A stretch of 64,000 nucleotides of DNA from Octopus vulgaris (GCA_951406725.2 OX597840.1:10540001-10604000), one strand, 5' to 3'. Shown: positions 11,215 to 23,677, counted from the stretch's first letter. A program made the numbers and translations. Notes: generated by a model from the letters alone, not told the origin.

Positions 11215-13313
11215 TTAATTGTTTGTCGTAGACCCGTTAAGAAGTGGCCTGTATTTTGCAATAAAGAGAGTTTCTTTACTTATTCGTTGTCTCGAGGTTG
11301 TATCGTCCCTAAATTGGTAGAGGGGGAAAATCCTGAAGCTTAGTGTTTTTTTGTTGGCGCAAGTATCTATGTGTTGGCTAAAAGCTATTTTTCTGTTTTG
11401 GGGAATTTTTATCTGGGATCTTTGCAGGGCCATTCGTTTACGCAAAATAATTTTTGTTTGGCCTATGTACTGCTCTTGACACCCGGAGCAGGTTAGTGAG
11501 TATATTAGGTTCTCCGAAGCACATGTGAAGTTGCTTTTCACTGTAAACCGTTGTCCCTGTTTGAAGGAGAACTCTGATCCCTCAATTAGATAGTCGCATA
11601 TCCCGCAATTGGGTCTTCCACATTTTTTTACTGTCGGCTTCTGTGTTGAAGAGTGAATTCGGGCTTGTGTTAGGAGACTTTTCATGGATTTAGGCTGTCT
11701 CTTGCTTTTTATGATCGTGTGTGTTTGGAGGATTGTGTTCATTCTGTGGTCTTTTTTTAGGAGGGGTATGTTGTGAAGGATGGTGCCGAAGGCTTCGTTA
11801 TTGAGAGGGTTGTGTGTGGAGATGTATGGTAAGGCTTTTGGTTGTAAGTTTTTCTTTGATTTGGGATGTCTCAGTTCCTTGATGTTAAGTTGAATGCACT
11901 TGTCAACAAGTGAAGGTGGATAGTTCCTGGTGATAAGGGTATCTTTTAGTTCTTGTAGTCGTGTGTCTCTGGTGTTTGCGTTCGAGACTATAGTGCATAT
12001 CCTTTTTGCTAGATTGAAGGGGATATTCATCCTGGTGTGTCTGGGGTGGCATGAATTGAATGGAAGATATTGCTTAGAGTCTGTATTCTTATAATATATG
12101 TCTGTTTCTATTATATTATTAGCTTTCTTAATGAGGATATCGAGGAAGGGGAGTTGTTGCTGGCTATATTCCATCGTGAATTGGATGTTTACGTCCAGTC
12201 CGTTTAAAATTTCCTGGAATTCTATGAGTTTTTCTATATTTTTATGCCAAAGGATGAAACAGTCATCTAGATATCTCTTCCAGTTGTTTTCTATGTAGAT
12301 GGAGAAAGGGCTGCCATATCTTTCTAGAACCTTACGTTACAGACTGATCTCTAGATATCCTATGACTAGGTTGGCAAAGGAGGGGGCCATTCGTGTACCC
12401 ATCGCAGTCCCCGATTTTTGTCGGTAGAAGTTGTCATCGAAGGCGAAGAAGTTATTTTCCAGGATGAATTTAACCCCTTCTATCACGAATTCTTTTTTGA
12501 TGCGATGTGGTAGTTTGTTGGCGTGATTTTCTAGCCAGAATTGGATTGCCTCTAGTCCTAGGTTGTGGGGGATATTGGAGTAGCGGTTGACTACATCGAA
12601 GGATACCAGTATGGTGTTTTTGTTTATAGTATTCGGTAGGTGATTGAGCATATCTAAGTCGTCCCTTATATAGCTTTTGACATGTTTTAGGAGTGGTTTT
12701 AACAGGGTGTCTAAAAAGTTACTGAGGCGGTGGGTTTCGCATGCGGGACCTGCTATTATAGGTCTCAATTTGAGGTCATTAGGATTAGGGACTTTAATTA
12801 TTTTGTTTGTAGCTATCTTGCATGCGTTGCTTATTTTCTCACTTTTGTGGATCTTAGGTATACCGTAGAATTGGCTGGTTTTGCTTGTGAAATTGGTCAT
12901 ATAATCATATTCTTTGTCGGTGAGCCCTGCTTTGTATGGGTTTAATATGGATTTTACCCATATTTTAGATATGGGTAATTAGATATGTGGTCACAAATCA
13001 TCAAGTGTTTTGTTCTTACCTTTCGAGGGGGTGTAGTTACTCCTATTTCTGGATAACGATTCGTCCTCGTTGTATTTATCGTATAGCTCCTCAGTAAGTC
13101 TTAATTTTCTGCAGAATTCTGCGATGTCTTCTTTCATTTCGTTGTAGTTCGGGTGTTGTGGGGTGGGTGTAAACTTGAGTCCTTTGGAAAGTATGTTTAT
13201 TTGGTTTCTGTTAGTTCCTTGTGAGTTAGATTGATAATTTTTATTACTTTTGGTTCCTCCTGCTTGTTTGGTGCTATCTTGTGTCTCTGTGTTTGCGTAT
13301 TGGGTCTAAAAAA
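11215..13313 (-). pseudogene. PLE ORF2 (RT + GIY-YIG), disrupted
   Basis: The N-terminal PLE motif IINLTHKELT..INILSKGLKFTPTP has a 1-nt frameshift near 13201. There is an apparent internal deletion near 12960 and a TAT>TAA stop at 12337 relative to the second copy. Confidence 0.85.
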
Positions 13314-14509
13314 TGAATGCGGTGGTTGGGACGGTAGCTATTATATAGTTGTTCTTTGTTGATGTGGGGTCTCCTGTTGTGATTTATGGTGTGTGTTCTT
13401 GGAGCAGTATTGAGGAGAGCATCCCGATATCCCATATTCGGGTGTGGTGTTCTAGGAGGCCTTCGCTGGTAATCATTGTAAGTGGTGTGGGTTTGTTGTG
13501 CATGGTTGTTTGACCGGTTGATGGGACGGAGATTTCGTTGGTAACTCCTTTGGGTGGGGATAAGGTTGCAGTGTCTATGCTGTGGGTGTTGATTTATCCT
13601 TTCTCTGCTTGAAGTGGGGGTATTCCTGATATTGTAACGCTGGCTGCTTACAGAGTTAGGGTTAGGTCCTGTATTCTTTTTTTGAAAGTAGTGAAGGTTC
13701 CGATTTTTAGACAGGTGTGTATCGGTGTTTGGGTGTTGTTTTGGCTTTCTTATTTTCTGGAAAGGGTTGTTGGAGGCGTGCTCTGTTTGAAAGACGGCTT
13801 CATAGTCTGAGAACCAAATGGCGCTTTTCTCCCAGCGTTGGAGAGATTTTAGTTCTTCTTTTTCACAGTCCTCTTTCCATAGTTTGGAGAACTTCTCTTG
13901 ATCTAGGCCTTGGGTCATTTTGCGAATTTCTTCGTTGATATCTTCATCGGTGGATTTTATTTTATCCTCATTCGTTTGGGCCCTCAATTTCAGAAGTTCT
14001 ATTTCCATTTTCATTTTTTCCAGTGCCATTCTCTCCCTGAGGTGTCTTTGTGTTTCAGGTTCCTCTGTAATAGCTTTGAACTGGAATTTACGTGGGAGGA
14101 TTAACGGGGTCCGGTTGAGCCATTTTTCGTATATATCCGCTTTGTTGTTGCTTTGGATCATCTTCCAAAAGGCGAACTTTCTATCTCTGAGTGATTTGTT
14201 CCATTGTGGTATTATGTGGTGTTTCATTTGGTATGTTGTTAGAGTATTGATCCCATATATTGACGCGTTTGGAGGTCCTTGGTTAGCGTTGTTAGAGAAA
14301 AATGTTCTAATTGTTTCGCATAAGTTTCCAAGGTTTTCGACAATTTCGGAGGTTGTATTTTTCGTATCTGTTTCCTCATTGTTCTCTCGATTGGGTTGAT
14401 GTGTCGAGTCGAATTTGTTCAAAAATGTTGACAAATTTGTGTTGATTTTCTTGAGTTCTTTCAGTATTTCTTCATTTATGGAGGCGATTGTGTCTGTTTT
14501 TGTCGGCAT
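13274..14509 (-). CDS. PLE ORF1, ~411 aa, coiled-coil plus basic low-complexity C-terminus
   Basis: Uninterrupted ORF from ATG 14509 directly downstream of the pseudo-LTR, with heptad-like segments (LRERMALEKMKMEIELLKLRAQTNEDKIK) and an R/N/H/P-rich tail. Confidence 0.75.
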   Translation of the reverse strand: MPTKTDTIASINEEILKELKKINTNLSTFLNKFDSTHQPNRENNEETDTKNTTSEIVENLGNLCETIRTFFSNNANQGPPNASIYGINTLTTYQMKHHIIPQWNKSLRDRKFAFWKMIQSNNKADIYEKWLNRTPLILPRKFQFKAITEEPETQRHLRERMALEKMKMEIELLKLRAQTNEDKIKSTDEDINEEIRKMTQGLDQEKFSKLWKEDCEKEELKSLQRWEKSAIWFSDYEAVFQTEHASNNPFQKIRKPKQHPNTDTHLSKNRNLHYFQKKNTGPNPNSVSSQRYNIRNTPTSSRERINQHPQHRHCNLIPTQRSYQRNLRPINRSNNHAQQTHTTYNDYQRRPPRTPHPNMGYRDALLNTAPRTHTINHNRRPHINKEQLYNSYRPNHRIHFLDPIRKHRDTR

Positions 14510-14629
14510 TTTCTGTATCTCGTGTGGGTTAATGATATGTATAAGGGTGGAAAGGAACACACGAGTTGATATATATGAAAAAACAAGTCAAAAATAGAAA
14601 ATGCTAAGATAATTTTATAGTGAATCTTT

Positions 14630-14667
14630 CAGTACCGGTTTCGGTCATTTTGAGACCTTTTCAACTG
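14630..14667 (-). ncRNA. Second copy of the U3-A8 hammerhead ribozyme
   Basis: Identical to 10475-10512; lies ~120 nt upstream of the ORF1 ATG. Confidence 0.75.
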
Positions 14668-15291
14668 TAACGATTAAATAATTAAATTTAGAAAAATTAG
14701 AAGAAAAGTTTTTTTAAAAGGAATATTTCTATAGTAGTGTTCAGATATAAGTGGCATTCTGCCTTTCTCTGACTCCCTTGTTTGCACTTGTGTGTTCGAG
14801 GTCGTTGTGAGTTCTTGGTAGGGTAGGAGAAGCAGAAGGCTGATGTGGAAAGGGGGTGGGGAAATCTGGGAATGCCTTGATGGTCGTATTTTGAATGGTC
14901 AGTGGCTGAGAGCAGTCGCAGTTCAATTCAGGAATTGTTTATGGAATTTGCGTAGGCGTTATACTGAAAGGCATTAGTGACAAAGTTAAGGGGTAGAAGG
15001 TGGAGAAGTAGAAGAAGATGACGATGTTGATGATGATGATGATGAAGAAGAAGAAGAAGAAGAAGAAGAAGAAGAAGAAGAAGAAGATGATGATGATGGT
15101 GGTGATGATGATGACGACGATGATGATGATAATGATGATGATGAAGAAGAAGAGGAAGAAGAGGAAAAAACAGAGAAGGGTGAATATGAATGGGTGAAAG
15201 TATAGCTGTGATGGGGCTGATTAGTAATGGATTCTATGGAATGTAATATTTGTGTGTGTATATATTTCTTTTATTCTAAAGTTGAGGTATA

Positions 15292-16523
15292 TTAATTGTT
15301 TGTCGTAGACCCGTTAAGAAGTGGCTTGTATTTTGTAATAAAGAGAGTTTCTTTACTTATTCGTTGTCTCGAGGTTGTATCGTCCCTAAATTGGTAGAGG
15401 GGGAAAATCCTGAAGTTGGGTGTTTTTTTGTTGGCGCAAGTATCTATGTGTTGGCTAAAAGCTATTTTTCTGTTTTGGGGAATTTATATCTGGGATCTGT
15501 GCAGGGCCATTCGTTTACGCAAACCATTTTTTGTTTGGCCTATGTACTGCTCTTGACACCCGGAGCAGGTTAGTGAGTATATTAGGTTCTCCGAAGCACA
15601 TGTGAAGTTGCTTTTCACTGTAAACCGTTGTCCCTGTTTGAAGGAGAACTCTGATCCCTCAGTTAGATAGTCGCATATCCCGCAATTGAGTCTTCCACAT
15701 TTTTTTACTGTCGGCTTCTGTGTTGAAGAGTGAATTCGGGCTTGTGTTAGGAGACTTTTCATGGATCTAGGCTGTCTCTTGCTTTTTATGATCGTGTGTG
15801 TTTGGAGGATTGTGTTCATTCTGTGGTCTTTTTTTAGGAGGGGTATGTTGTGGAGGATGTTGCCGAAGGCTTCGTTATTGAGAGGGTTGTGTGTGGAGAT
15901 GTATGGTAAGGCTTTTGGTTGTAAGTTTTTCTTTGATTTGGGATGTCTCAGTTCCTTGATGTTAAGTTGAATGCACTTGTCAATAAGTGAAGGTGGATAG
16001 TTCCTGGTGATAAGGGTATCTTTTAGTTCTTGTAGTCGTGTGTCTCTGGTGTTTGCGTTCGAGACTATAGTGCATATCCTTTTTGCTAGATTGAAGGGGG
16101 TATTCATCCTGGTGTGTCTGGGGTGGCATGAATTGAATGGAAGATATTGCTTAGAGTCTGTAGGCTTATAGTATATGTCTGTTTCTATCATATTATTAGC
16201 TTTCTTAATGAGGATATCGAGGAAGGGGAGTTGTTGCTGGCTATATTCCATCATGAATTGGATGTTTACGTCCAGTCCGTTTAAAATTTCCTGGAATTTT
16301 ATGAGTTTTTCTATATTTTTATGCCAAAGAATGAAACAGTCATCTAGATATCTCTTCCAGTTGTTTTCTATGTAGATGGAGAAAGGGCTGCCATATCTTT
16401 CTAGAACCTTACGATACAGACTGATCTCTAGGTATCCTATGACTAGGTTGGCAAAGGAGGGGGCCATTCGTGTACCCATCGCAGTCCCCGATTTTTGTCG
16501 GTAGAAGTTGTCATTGAAGGCGA
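15292..16523 (-). pseudogene. 5'-truncated PLE ORF2 copy (RT C-half + GIY-YIG)
   Basis: Near-identical to 11215-12445, with a 1-nt deletion near 15484 that truncates the endonuclease. Confidence 0.85.
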
Positions 16524-16524
16524 C

Positions 16525-16552
<28 letters not shown>

Positions 16553-16556
<4 letters not shown>

Positions 16557-17553
16557 TGTTATATTTCGGAATGGTCATATTGCCAGATTAGCCAATAAAA
16601 ACACACGCACTATATATTTGGTGTTATTTTGCTTCAGTGTTATTTATTTTTTACATTAATCTTAATCTTATTTCGGCCAGAGTTCTTTCGTCACACTCCT
16701 GTGACCGCATCAGTGGTCCTTTGTTTTCTTCTTTCTTATTTATGTCTCTCCTTACTAACCGTCAGCCATTTTGTATTTCTATTGTATGTCTTCATTTGCG
16801 CATGCTTATATCTCTATGTGCGTTTATGTTTATTTAGTGTGTGTATGTGGGGGGGGGATGACTGTAATATTTGTATCTTCTGTTTATATATGTTCATTTA
16901 ATTTGTATTTTCTTTTTGTTGACAATAGAGGATCATAAAAACATAATAAGTACACAGATAAATAAACTAATAGAAATAAATAACTATATATATGTATATA
17001 TGTGTGTGTATATATATATGTAGATATTTTTATTTATTTATATATATATTTTTTTTTTTTCTTCTTTTTTTTCGATTCGATTTATTATTATTATTACTAG
17101 TATTGTTGTTATACACACAAGCATATGTAATGATAATAATGAGTGGATGTAAACACATGAACAAAATAAGAATAAACAAAAACAACAAAAACAAAAACAA
17201 AAGAAATTACATGAACATATATAAACAGAAGATACAAATATTACAGGCATCCCCCCCACATACACACACTAAATTAACATAAACGCACATAGAGATATAA
17301 GCATGCGCAAATGAAGACATACAATAGAAATACAAAATGGCTGACGGTTAGTAAGGAGAGACATAAATAAGAAAGAAGAAAACAAAGGGCCACTGATGCG
17401 GTCACAGGAGTGTGACGAAAGAACTCTGGCCGAAATAAGATTAAGATTAATGTAAAAAATAAATAACACTGAAGCAAAATAACACCAAATATATAGTGCG
17501 TGTGTTTTTATTGGCTAATCTGGCAATATGACCATTCCGAAATATAACAATAT
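16553..17553. mobile_element. Non-coding element with ~345-bp inverted arms (16553-16897 / 17211-17553), each carrying a hammerhead-like motif
   Basis: The arms are reverse complements, which explains the mirrored ORFs in the track. Motif GGCCA CUGAUGCG GUCAC-aggagu-GUGAC GAAA GAAC UC UGGCC at 17388-17431(+) and 16675-16718(-). Confidence 0.8.
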
Positions 17554-17622
17554 CTGTTTCAACACACGACTTCACATAAAAAATCTTGCACAACAAATAT
17601 TTAAACGTATATATATATATAT

Positions 17623-17686
<64 letters not shown>

Positions 17687-18576
17687 TTATGTGTTTGTGC
17701 GTCTGTGTTTTTCCCCCAACATCGCTTGACAACCGGTGCTGGTGTGTTTACGTCCCCGTAACTTAGCAGTTCGGCATAAGAGACCGATAGATTATGTACT
17801 AGGCTTATTATAGCCTCAGGCCGGCCAAAGCCTTGTGAGTGGATTAGGTAGATGGAAACTGAAAGAAGCCCGTAGTATATATATGTATATATGTGTGTGT
17901 GTGTATATGTTTGTGTGTCTGTGTTTGTCCAGCGGGATTCGAACTCAAAGCTTAAAGACGGAAGAAATTCCGCTAAGCGTTTCTTTTCTTTTTTTTCCGG
18001 CGTACTAACAAATCTACCAGCTCGCTCGACCCCCTTTTTTTTTTTTTTTGAAAAGTGCGACAAATCTTCCAACAGGAATTGTACCACGTATCCGTCAAAT
18101 ATTTTTGAATCACGACAACCATTGGCCTAAGATACTTCCCACAACAGCAATAACAAGAATGGTTACAGAAACAACAACAACAACAACAACAACAACACCA
18201 CCAGCTACAACAGAATGTTTCCCTTTCAAGTGTCACGCACGATTTCAAAGCCACTAAGTAACAAGTACCATAAAGTCGCTTTCTTTGTGAATGCCTTTGG
18301 AAATTAAAACCTTTCAAATACCCAGCCGTGTCGCACCAAAGAGGAAATTCATTCAAAACTTATCCTTAAGAAATTTCTATGAAACGAAGAATTACGCAGT
18401 GCTGCTTTGTTGTTATAATTTATAAACGCTTCAATGACGAAAAAAAAACCCCTGCTAATAATACATTGACGATTGAATACAATCATACAGTCGTTATGAC
18501 TGATAGATTGTCGCTTTGAGTGATCCTCATGAACCATTTGGTTACCCAAATCATTTTTATAAGTTTGTCCTAAAAA

Positions 18577-19292
18577 GGATCTTTTCGGTTTGAACGGCAG
18601 TTTTTAAAATAATTTCTAGGTAACTAAAAAATTTTAAACTTCATATACTGGTAGAATGTGTTTATAAAACATCTTTTTCTCTTGGCTTTACTGAGAAAAT
18701 TCTATAGTTTGTAACGTATTTGTTGTTTTTTTTTCTACAATTTCTGCAGTTTCAACCAATCACTGACGTCCATTGAGGTACAAAGCATTCTGTGCCGTAT
18801 GAATATGTCCCTCGTTTAAGAAACAGATCGGGTTTATTTACATTTGTGAAGAAAAAATAGGGATCTTTTCGGTTTGAACGGCAGTTTTTAACATAATTTC
18901 TAGGTAACTAAAAAATTTTAAACTTCGTATACTGGTAGACTGTGTTTATAAAACATCTTTTTCTTTTGGCTTTATCGAGAAAATTCTATAGTTTGTAAGG
19001 TATTTGTTGTTTTTTCTCAATTTCTGCAATTTAAACTAATCACTGACGTCCATCGAGGTAAAAAAAAACACTCTGTACCGTATGAATATGTCCCTCGTTT
19101 AAGGAACAGATTCGGTTTATTTACATTTGTGAAGAAAAAAGATACTCTTTCCCCCACCCCTAGCCCTAACCTTAACCCTAACTAACCATAAAACAGATTG
19201 AAATGCAATAGATTGATACTAGGGTCATAATTATGGGTGACAATTTCATATGACACCGCTAGAAAAAACTGCCGGTCAAACCGAAAAGATCC
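18577..19292. mobile_element. MITE with ~30-bp TIRs and a tandemly duplicated left part
   Basis: TIR GGATCTTTTCGGTTTGAACGGCAGTTTTT at 18577 and 18861, inverse ending at 19292. Flanks CCTAAAAA / CCTAAAAG suggest an 8-bp TSD with one mismatch. Confidence 0.75.
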
Positions 19293-19710
19293 CCTAAAAG
19301 TCCATGCTTGCCTTTTGATTTTTAATTAACCCTTGTTTCATACGTTCTGAATAATATAAAACTTACCCTTATGATTCATGGAGGTCAGGGAAGTATTATT
19401 TGCGCATTTTACATCATAGACAGGACTGGCAAACGGTTAAGTAGATCTGTTAGAAGAAACAGTTTAATGAGACATTAGTGAGCTTACGATCGTGAGGTTG
19501 TGAGCTCGAATCCCGGACCGGGATGCGTGTTGTGTTCTTGAGCAAGACACATTATTTCACGTTGCTCCAGTTCACTCAGCTGTAGAAATGAGTTGCGACG
19601 TCACAGGTGCCAAGCTGTATCGGGGCCCCTTTTGCCTTTCCCTTGGACAACATCGGTGACGTGGGCTTCGAGCTGGCAGAAACGTTAGCGCCCCGGGCGA
19701 AATGCTTAGC

Positions 19711-22458
19711 GGTATTTCGTCTGCGTTACGTTGTGAGTTCAAATTCCGCCGAGGTCGACTTTGCCTTTCATCCTTTCGGGGTCAATTAAATAAGTACCAG
19801 TTACGCACTGGGGTCGATGTAATCGACTTAATACCTATGTCTGTCCTTGTTTGTCCCCTCTATGTTTAGCCCATAGTGGGTAATAAAGAAATAGGTATTT
19901 CGTCTGCGTTACGTTGTGAGTTCAAATTCCGCCGACGTCGACTTTGCCTTTCATCCTTTCGGGGTCAATTAAATAAGTACCAGTTACGCACTGGGGTCGA
20001 TGTAATCGACTTAATACCTATGTCTGTCCTTGTTTGTCCCCTCTATGTTTAGCCCATAGTGGGTAATAAAGAAATAGGTATTTCGTCTGCGTTACGTTGT
20101 GAGTTCAAATTCCGCCGACGTCGACTTTGCCTTTCATCCTTTCGGGGTCAATTAAATAAGTACCAGTTACGCACTGGGGTCGATGTAATCGACTTAATAC
20201 CTATGTCTGTCCTTGTTTGTCCCCTCTATGTTTAGCCCCTAGTGGGTAATAAAGAAATAGGTATTCCGTCTGCGTTACGTTGTGAGTTCAAATTCCGCCG
20301 AGGTCGACTTTGCCTTTCATCCTTTCGGGGTAATTAAATAAGTTCCAGTTACGCACTGGGGTCGATGTAATAGACTTAATACCTATATCTGTCCTTGTTT
20401 GTCCTCTCTATGTTTAGCCCCTTGTGGGTAATAAAGAAATAGGTATTTCGTCTGCGTTACGTTGTGAGTTCAAATTCCGCCGAGGTCGACTTTGCCTTTC
20501 ATCCTTTCGGGGTCAATTAAATAAGTACCAGTTACGCACTGGGGTCGATGTAATCGACTTAATACCTATGTCTGTCCTTGTTTGTCCCCTCTATGTTTAG
20601 CCCCTAGTGGGTAATAAAGAAATAGGTATTTCGTCTGCGTTATGTTGTGAGTTCAAATTCCGCCGACGTCGACTTTGCCTTTCATCCTTTCGGGGTCAAT
20701 TAAATAAGTACCAGTTACGCACTGGGGTCGATGTAATCGACTTAATACCTATATCTGTCCTTGTTTGTCCCCTCTATGTTTAGCCCCTTGTGGGTAATAA
20801 AGAAATAGGTATTTCGTCTGCGTTACGTTGTGAGTTCAAATTCCGTCGAGGTCGACTTTGCCTTTCATCCTTTCGGGGTCAATTAAATAAGTACCAGTTA
20901 CGCACTGGGGTCGATGTAATCGACTTAATACCTATGTCTGTCCTTGTTTGTCCCCTCTATGTTTAGCCCCTAGTGGGTAATAAAGAAATAGGTATTTCGT
21001 CTGCGTTACGTTGTGAGTTCAAATTCCGCCGAGGTCGACTTTGCCTTTCATCCTTTCGGGGTCAATTAAATAAGTACCAGTTACGCACTGGGGTCGATGT
21101 AATCGACTTAATACCTATGTCTGTCCTTGTTTGTCCCCTCTATGTTTAGCCCCTAGTGGGTAATAAAGAAATAGGTATTCCGTCTGCGTTACGTTGTGAG
21201 TTCAAATTCCGCCGAGGTCGACTTTGCCTTTCATCCTTTCGGGGTAAATTAAATAAGTTCCAGTTACGCACTGGGGTCGATGTAATAGACTTAATACCTA
21301 TATCTGTCCTTGTTTGTCCTCTCTATGTTTAGCCCCTTGTGGGTAATAAAGAAATAGGTATTTCGTCTGCGTTACGTTGTGAGTTCAACTTCCGCCGAGG
21401 TCGACTTTGCCTTTCATCCTTTCGGGGTCAATTAAATAAGTACCAGTTACGCACTGGGGTCGATGTAATCGACTTAATACCTATGTCTGTCCTTGTTTGT
21501 CCCCTCTATGTTTAGCCCCTAGTGGGTAATAAAGAAATAGGTATTCCGTCTGCGTTACGTTGTGAGTTCAAATTCCGCCGAGGTCGACTTTGCCTTTCAT
21601 CCTTTCGGGGTCAATTAAATAAGTTCCAGTTACGCACTGGGGTCGATGTAATCGACTTAATACCTATATCTGTCCTTGTTTGTCCCCTCTATGTTTAGCC
21701 CCTTGTGGGTAATAAAGAAATAGGTATTTCGTCTGCGTTACGTTGTGAGTTCAAATTCCGTCGAGGTCGACTTTGCCTTTCATCCTTTCGGGGTCAATTA
21801 AATAAGTACCAGTTACGCACTGGGGTCGATGTAATCGACTTAATACCTATATCTGTCCTTGTTTGTCCCCTCTATGTTTAGCCCCTTGTGGGTAATAAAG
21901 AAATAGGTATTTCGTCTGCGTTACGTTGTGAGTTCAAATTCCGCCGAAGTCGACTTTGCCTTTCATCCTTTCGGGGTCAATTAAATAAGTACCAGTTACG
22001 CACTGGGGTCGATGTAATCGACTTAATACCTATATCTGTCCTTGTTTGTCCCCTCTATGTTTAGCCCCTTGTGGGTAATAAAGAAATAGGTATTTCGTCT
22101 GCGTTACGTTGTGAGTTCAAATTCCGCCAAGGTCGACTTTGCCTTTCATCCTTTCGGGGTCAATTAAATAAGTACCAGTTACGCACTGGGGTCGATGTAA
22201 TCGACTTAATACCTATGTCTGTCCTTGTTTGTCTCCTCTATGTTTAGCCCCTAGTGGGTAATAAAGAAATAGGTATTTCGCCTGCGTTACGTTGTGAGTT
22301 CAAATTCCGCCAAGGTCGACTTTGCCTTTCATCCTTTCGGGGTCAATTAAATAAGTACCAGTTACGCACTGGGGTCGATGTAATCGACTTAATACCTATG
22401 TCTGTCCTTGTTTGTCCCCTCTGTGTTTAGCCCCTTGTGGGTAATAAAGAAATAGGTA
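19711..22458 (+). repeat. 183-bp tandem array (~15 units) of the SINE-A body, nested in another SINE (~19485-22572)
   Basis: Units start at 19711, 19894, 20077 and so on, with a single head at ~19670. Host SINE halves lie on either side, and AGTGAGCT at 19477 and 22573 may be a TSD. Confidence 0.92.
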
Positions 22459-22992
22459 TGCATGGGCGACTGCTGGTCTTCCATAAAACAACCTTGCCCA
22501 GTCTTGTGCCTTAGATGGTAACTCTCTAGGTGCAAACCCATGGTCAGTGTCTGACCGAAGGGGATCACCACCAGTGAGCTATATTACGTATAATATATCT
22601 TTAAAGCGAGCCTGTGGCATTAATTCTTTGCCTGTCCAAAGCATATTTATAAATTTATCCTAATTGTTCATGCAGAGGGTAAATGCATTAATACTTATGC
22701 ATTATATTTGATGCAGTCACATCACGGAAAGCCAAATTAACTGCGCTCTTCGTCCGGCGATATCTCTTGTAGACCTACTATGTTAAATAACCAGTTACAT
22801 ATTTATAAGATGAGTTACAGTGGCGAGCTGGTGGAGCTATCGATAAAATATAGTACCAGTCACATACTAGGGTCGATGTCATCTACGAAGCCCCTTCCTC
22901 GAAAAATCATTTCTGTCTTTAACTTGGCCATAAACGTGAAATTATTTTATAAGATAAATTCCAGTTGAAGAATGAACCACACGTGTATGTAT

Positions 22993-23057
<65 letters not shown>

Positions 23058-23079
23058 CATATATATATACATACATACA

Positions 23080-23115
<36 letters not shown>

Positions 23116-23162
23116 TACATACATACATACATACATATATATTTATATACATAAATATATAT

Positions 23163-23202
<40 letters not shown>

Positions 23203-23330
23203 GTGTGTGGGTGTATATATATATACATATATATAATTGTAGAAATTGGAAAAAAACAGTCTTTGACTGTCATTTCTAATTCCTTCGGTATGCGGCGAAG
23301 CAGCCTGTTGCCCGCCCTTTTAATTAATTT

Positions 23331-23444
<114 letters not shown>

Positions 23445-23503
23445 ATATATGTATGTATGTATATATATATATATGTATGTATGTATGTATGTATATACAT
23501 ATG

Positions 23504-23556
<53 letters not shown>

Positions 23557-23645
23557 GCATTTATATATATATTTATATATATATATATACATACATATAT
23601 ATATACATACATACATACATATATATATATACATACATACATATA

Positions 23646-23677
<32 letters not shown>

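Larger units (their letters stand above)
10383..16523 (-). mobile_element. Penelope-like retroelement (Neptune-like), partial tandem: a 5'-truncated copy followed by a near-full copy, flanked by (TA)n
   Basis: RT motifs (KSGTAMGTRMAPSFANL, WKRYLDD, LPFLD), Cys-rich KKCGRPNCGIC and GIY-YIG endonuclease (NLIYSLTC..C.EQYIGQT). 10383-12445 is repeated at 14538-16523 (pseudo-LTR organisation). Confidence 0.92.

Noticed and set aside
16629-17477. Mirrored small ORF pair as duplicated genes
   Set aside because: Consequence of the inverted repeat arms; starts are non-ATG and there are no recognisable motifs.
19666-19760. tRNA genes (here and at other SINE heads)
   Set aside because: A/B-box-like motifs belong to SINE heads; no complete cloverleaf is evident.
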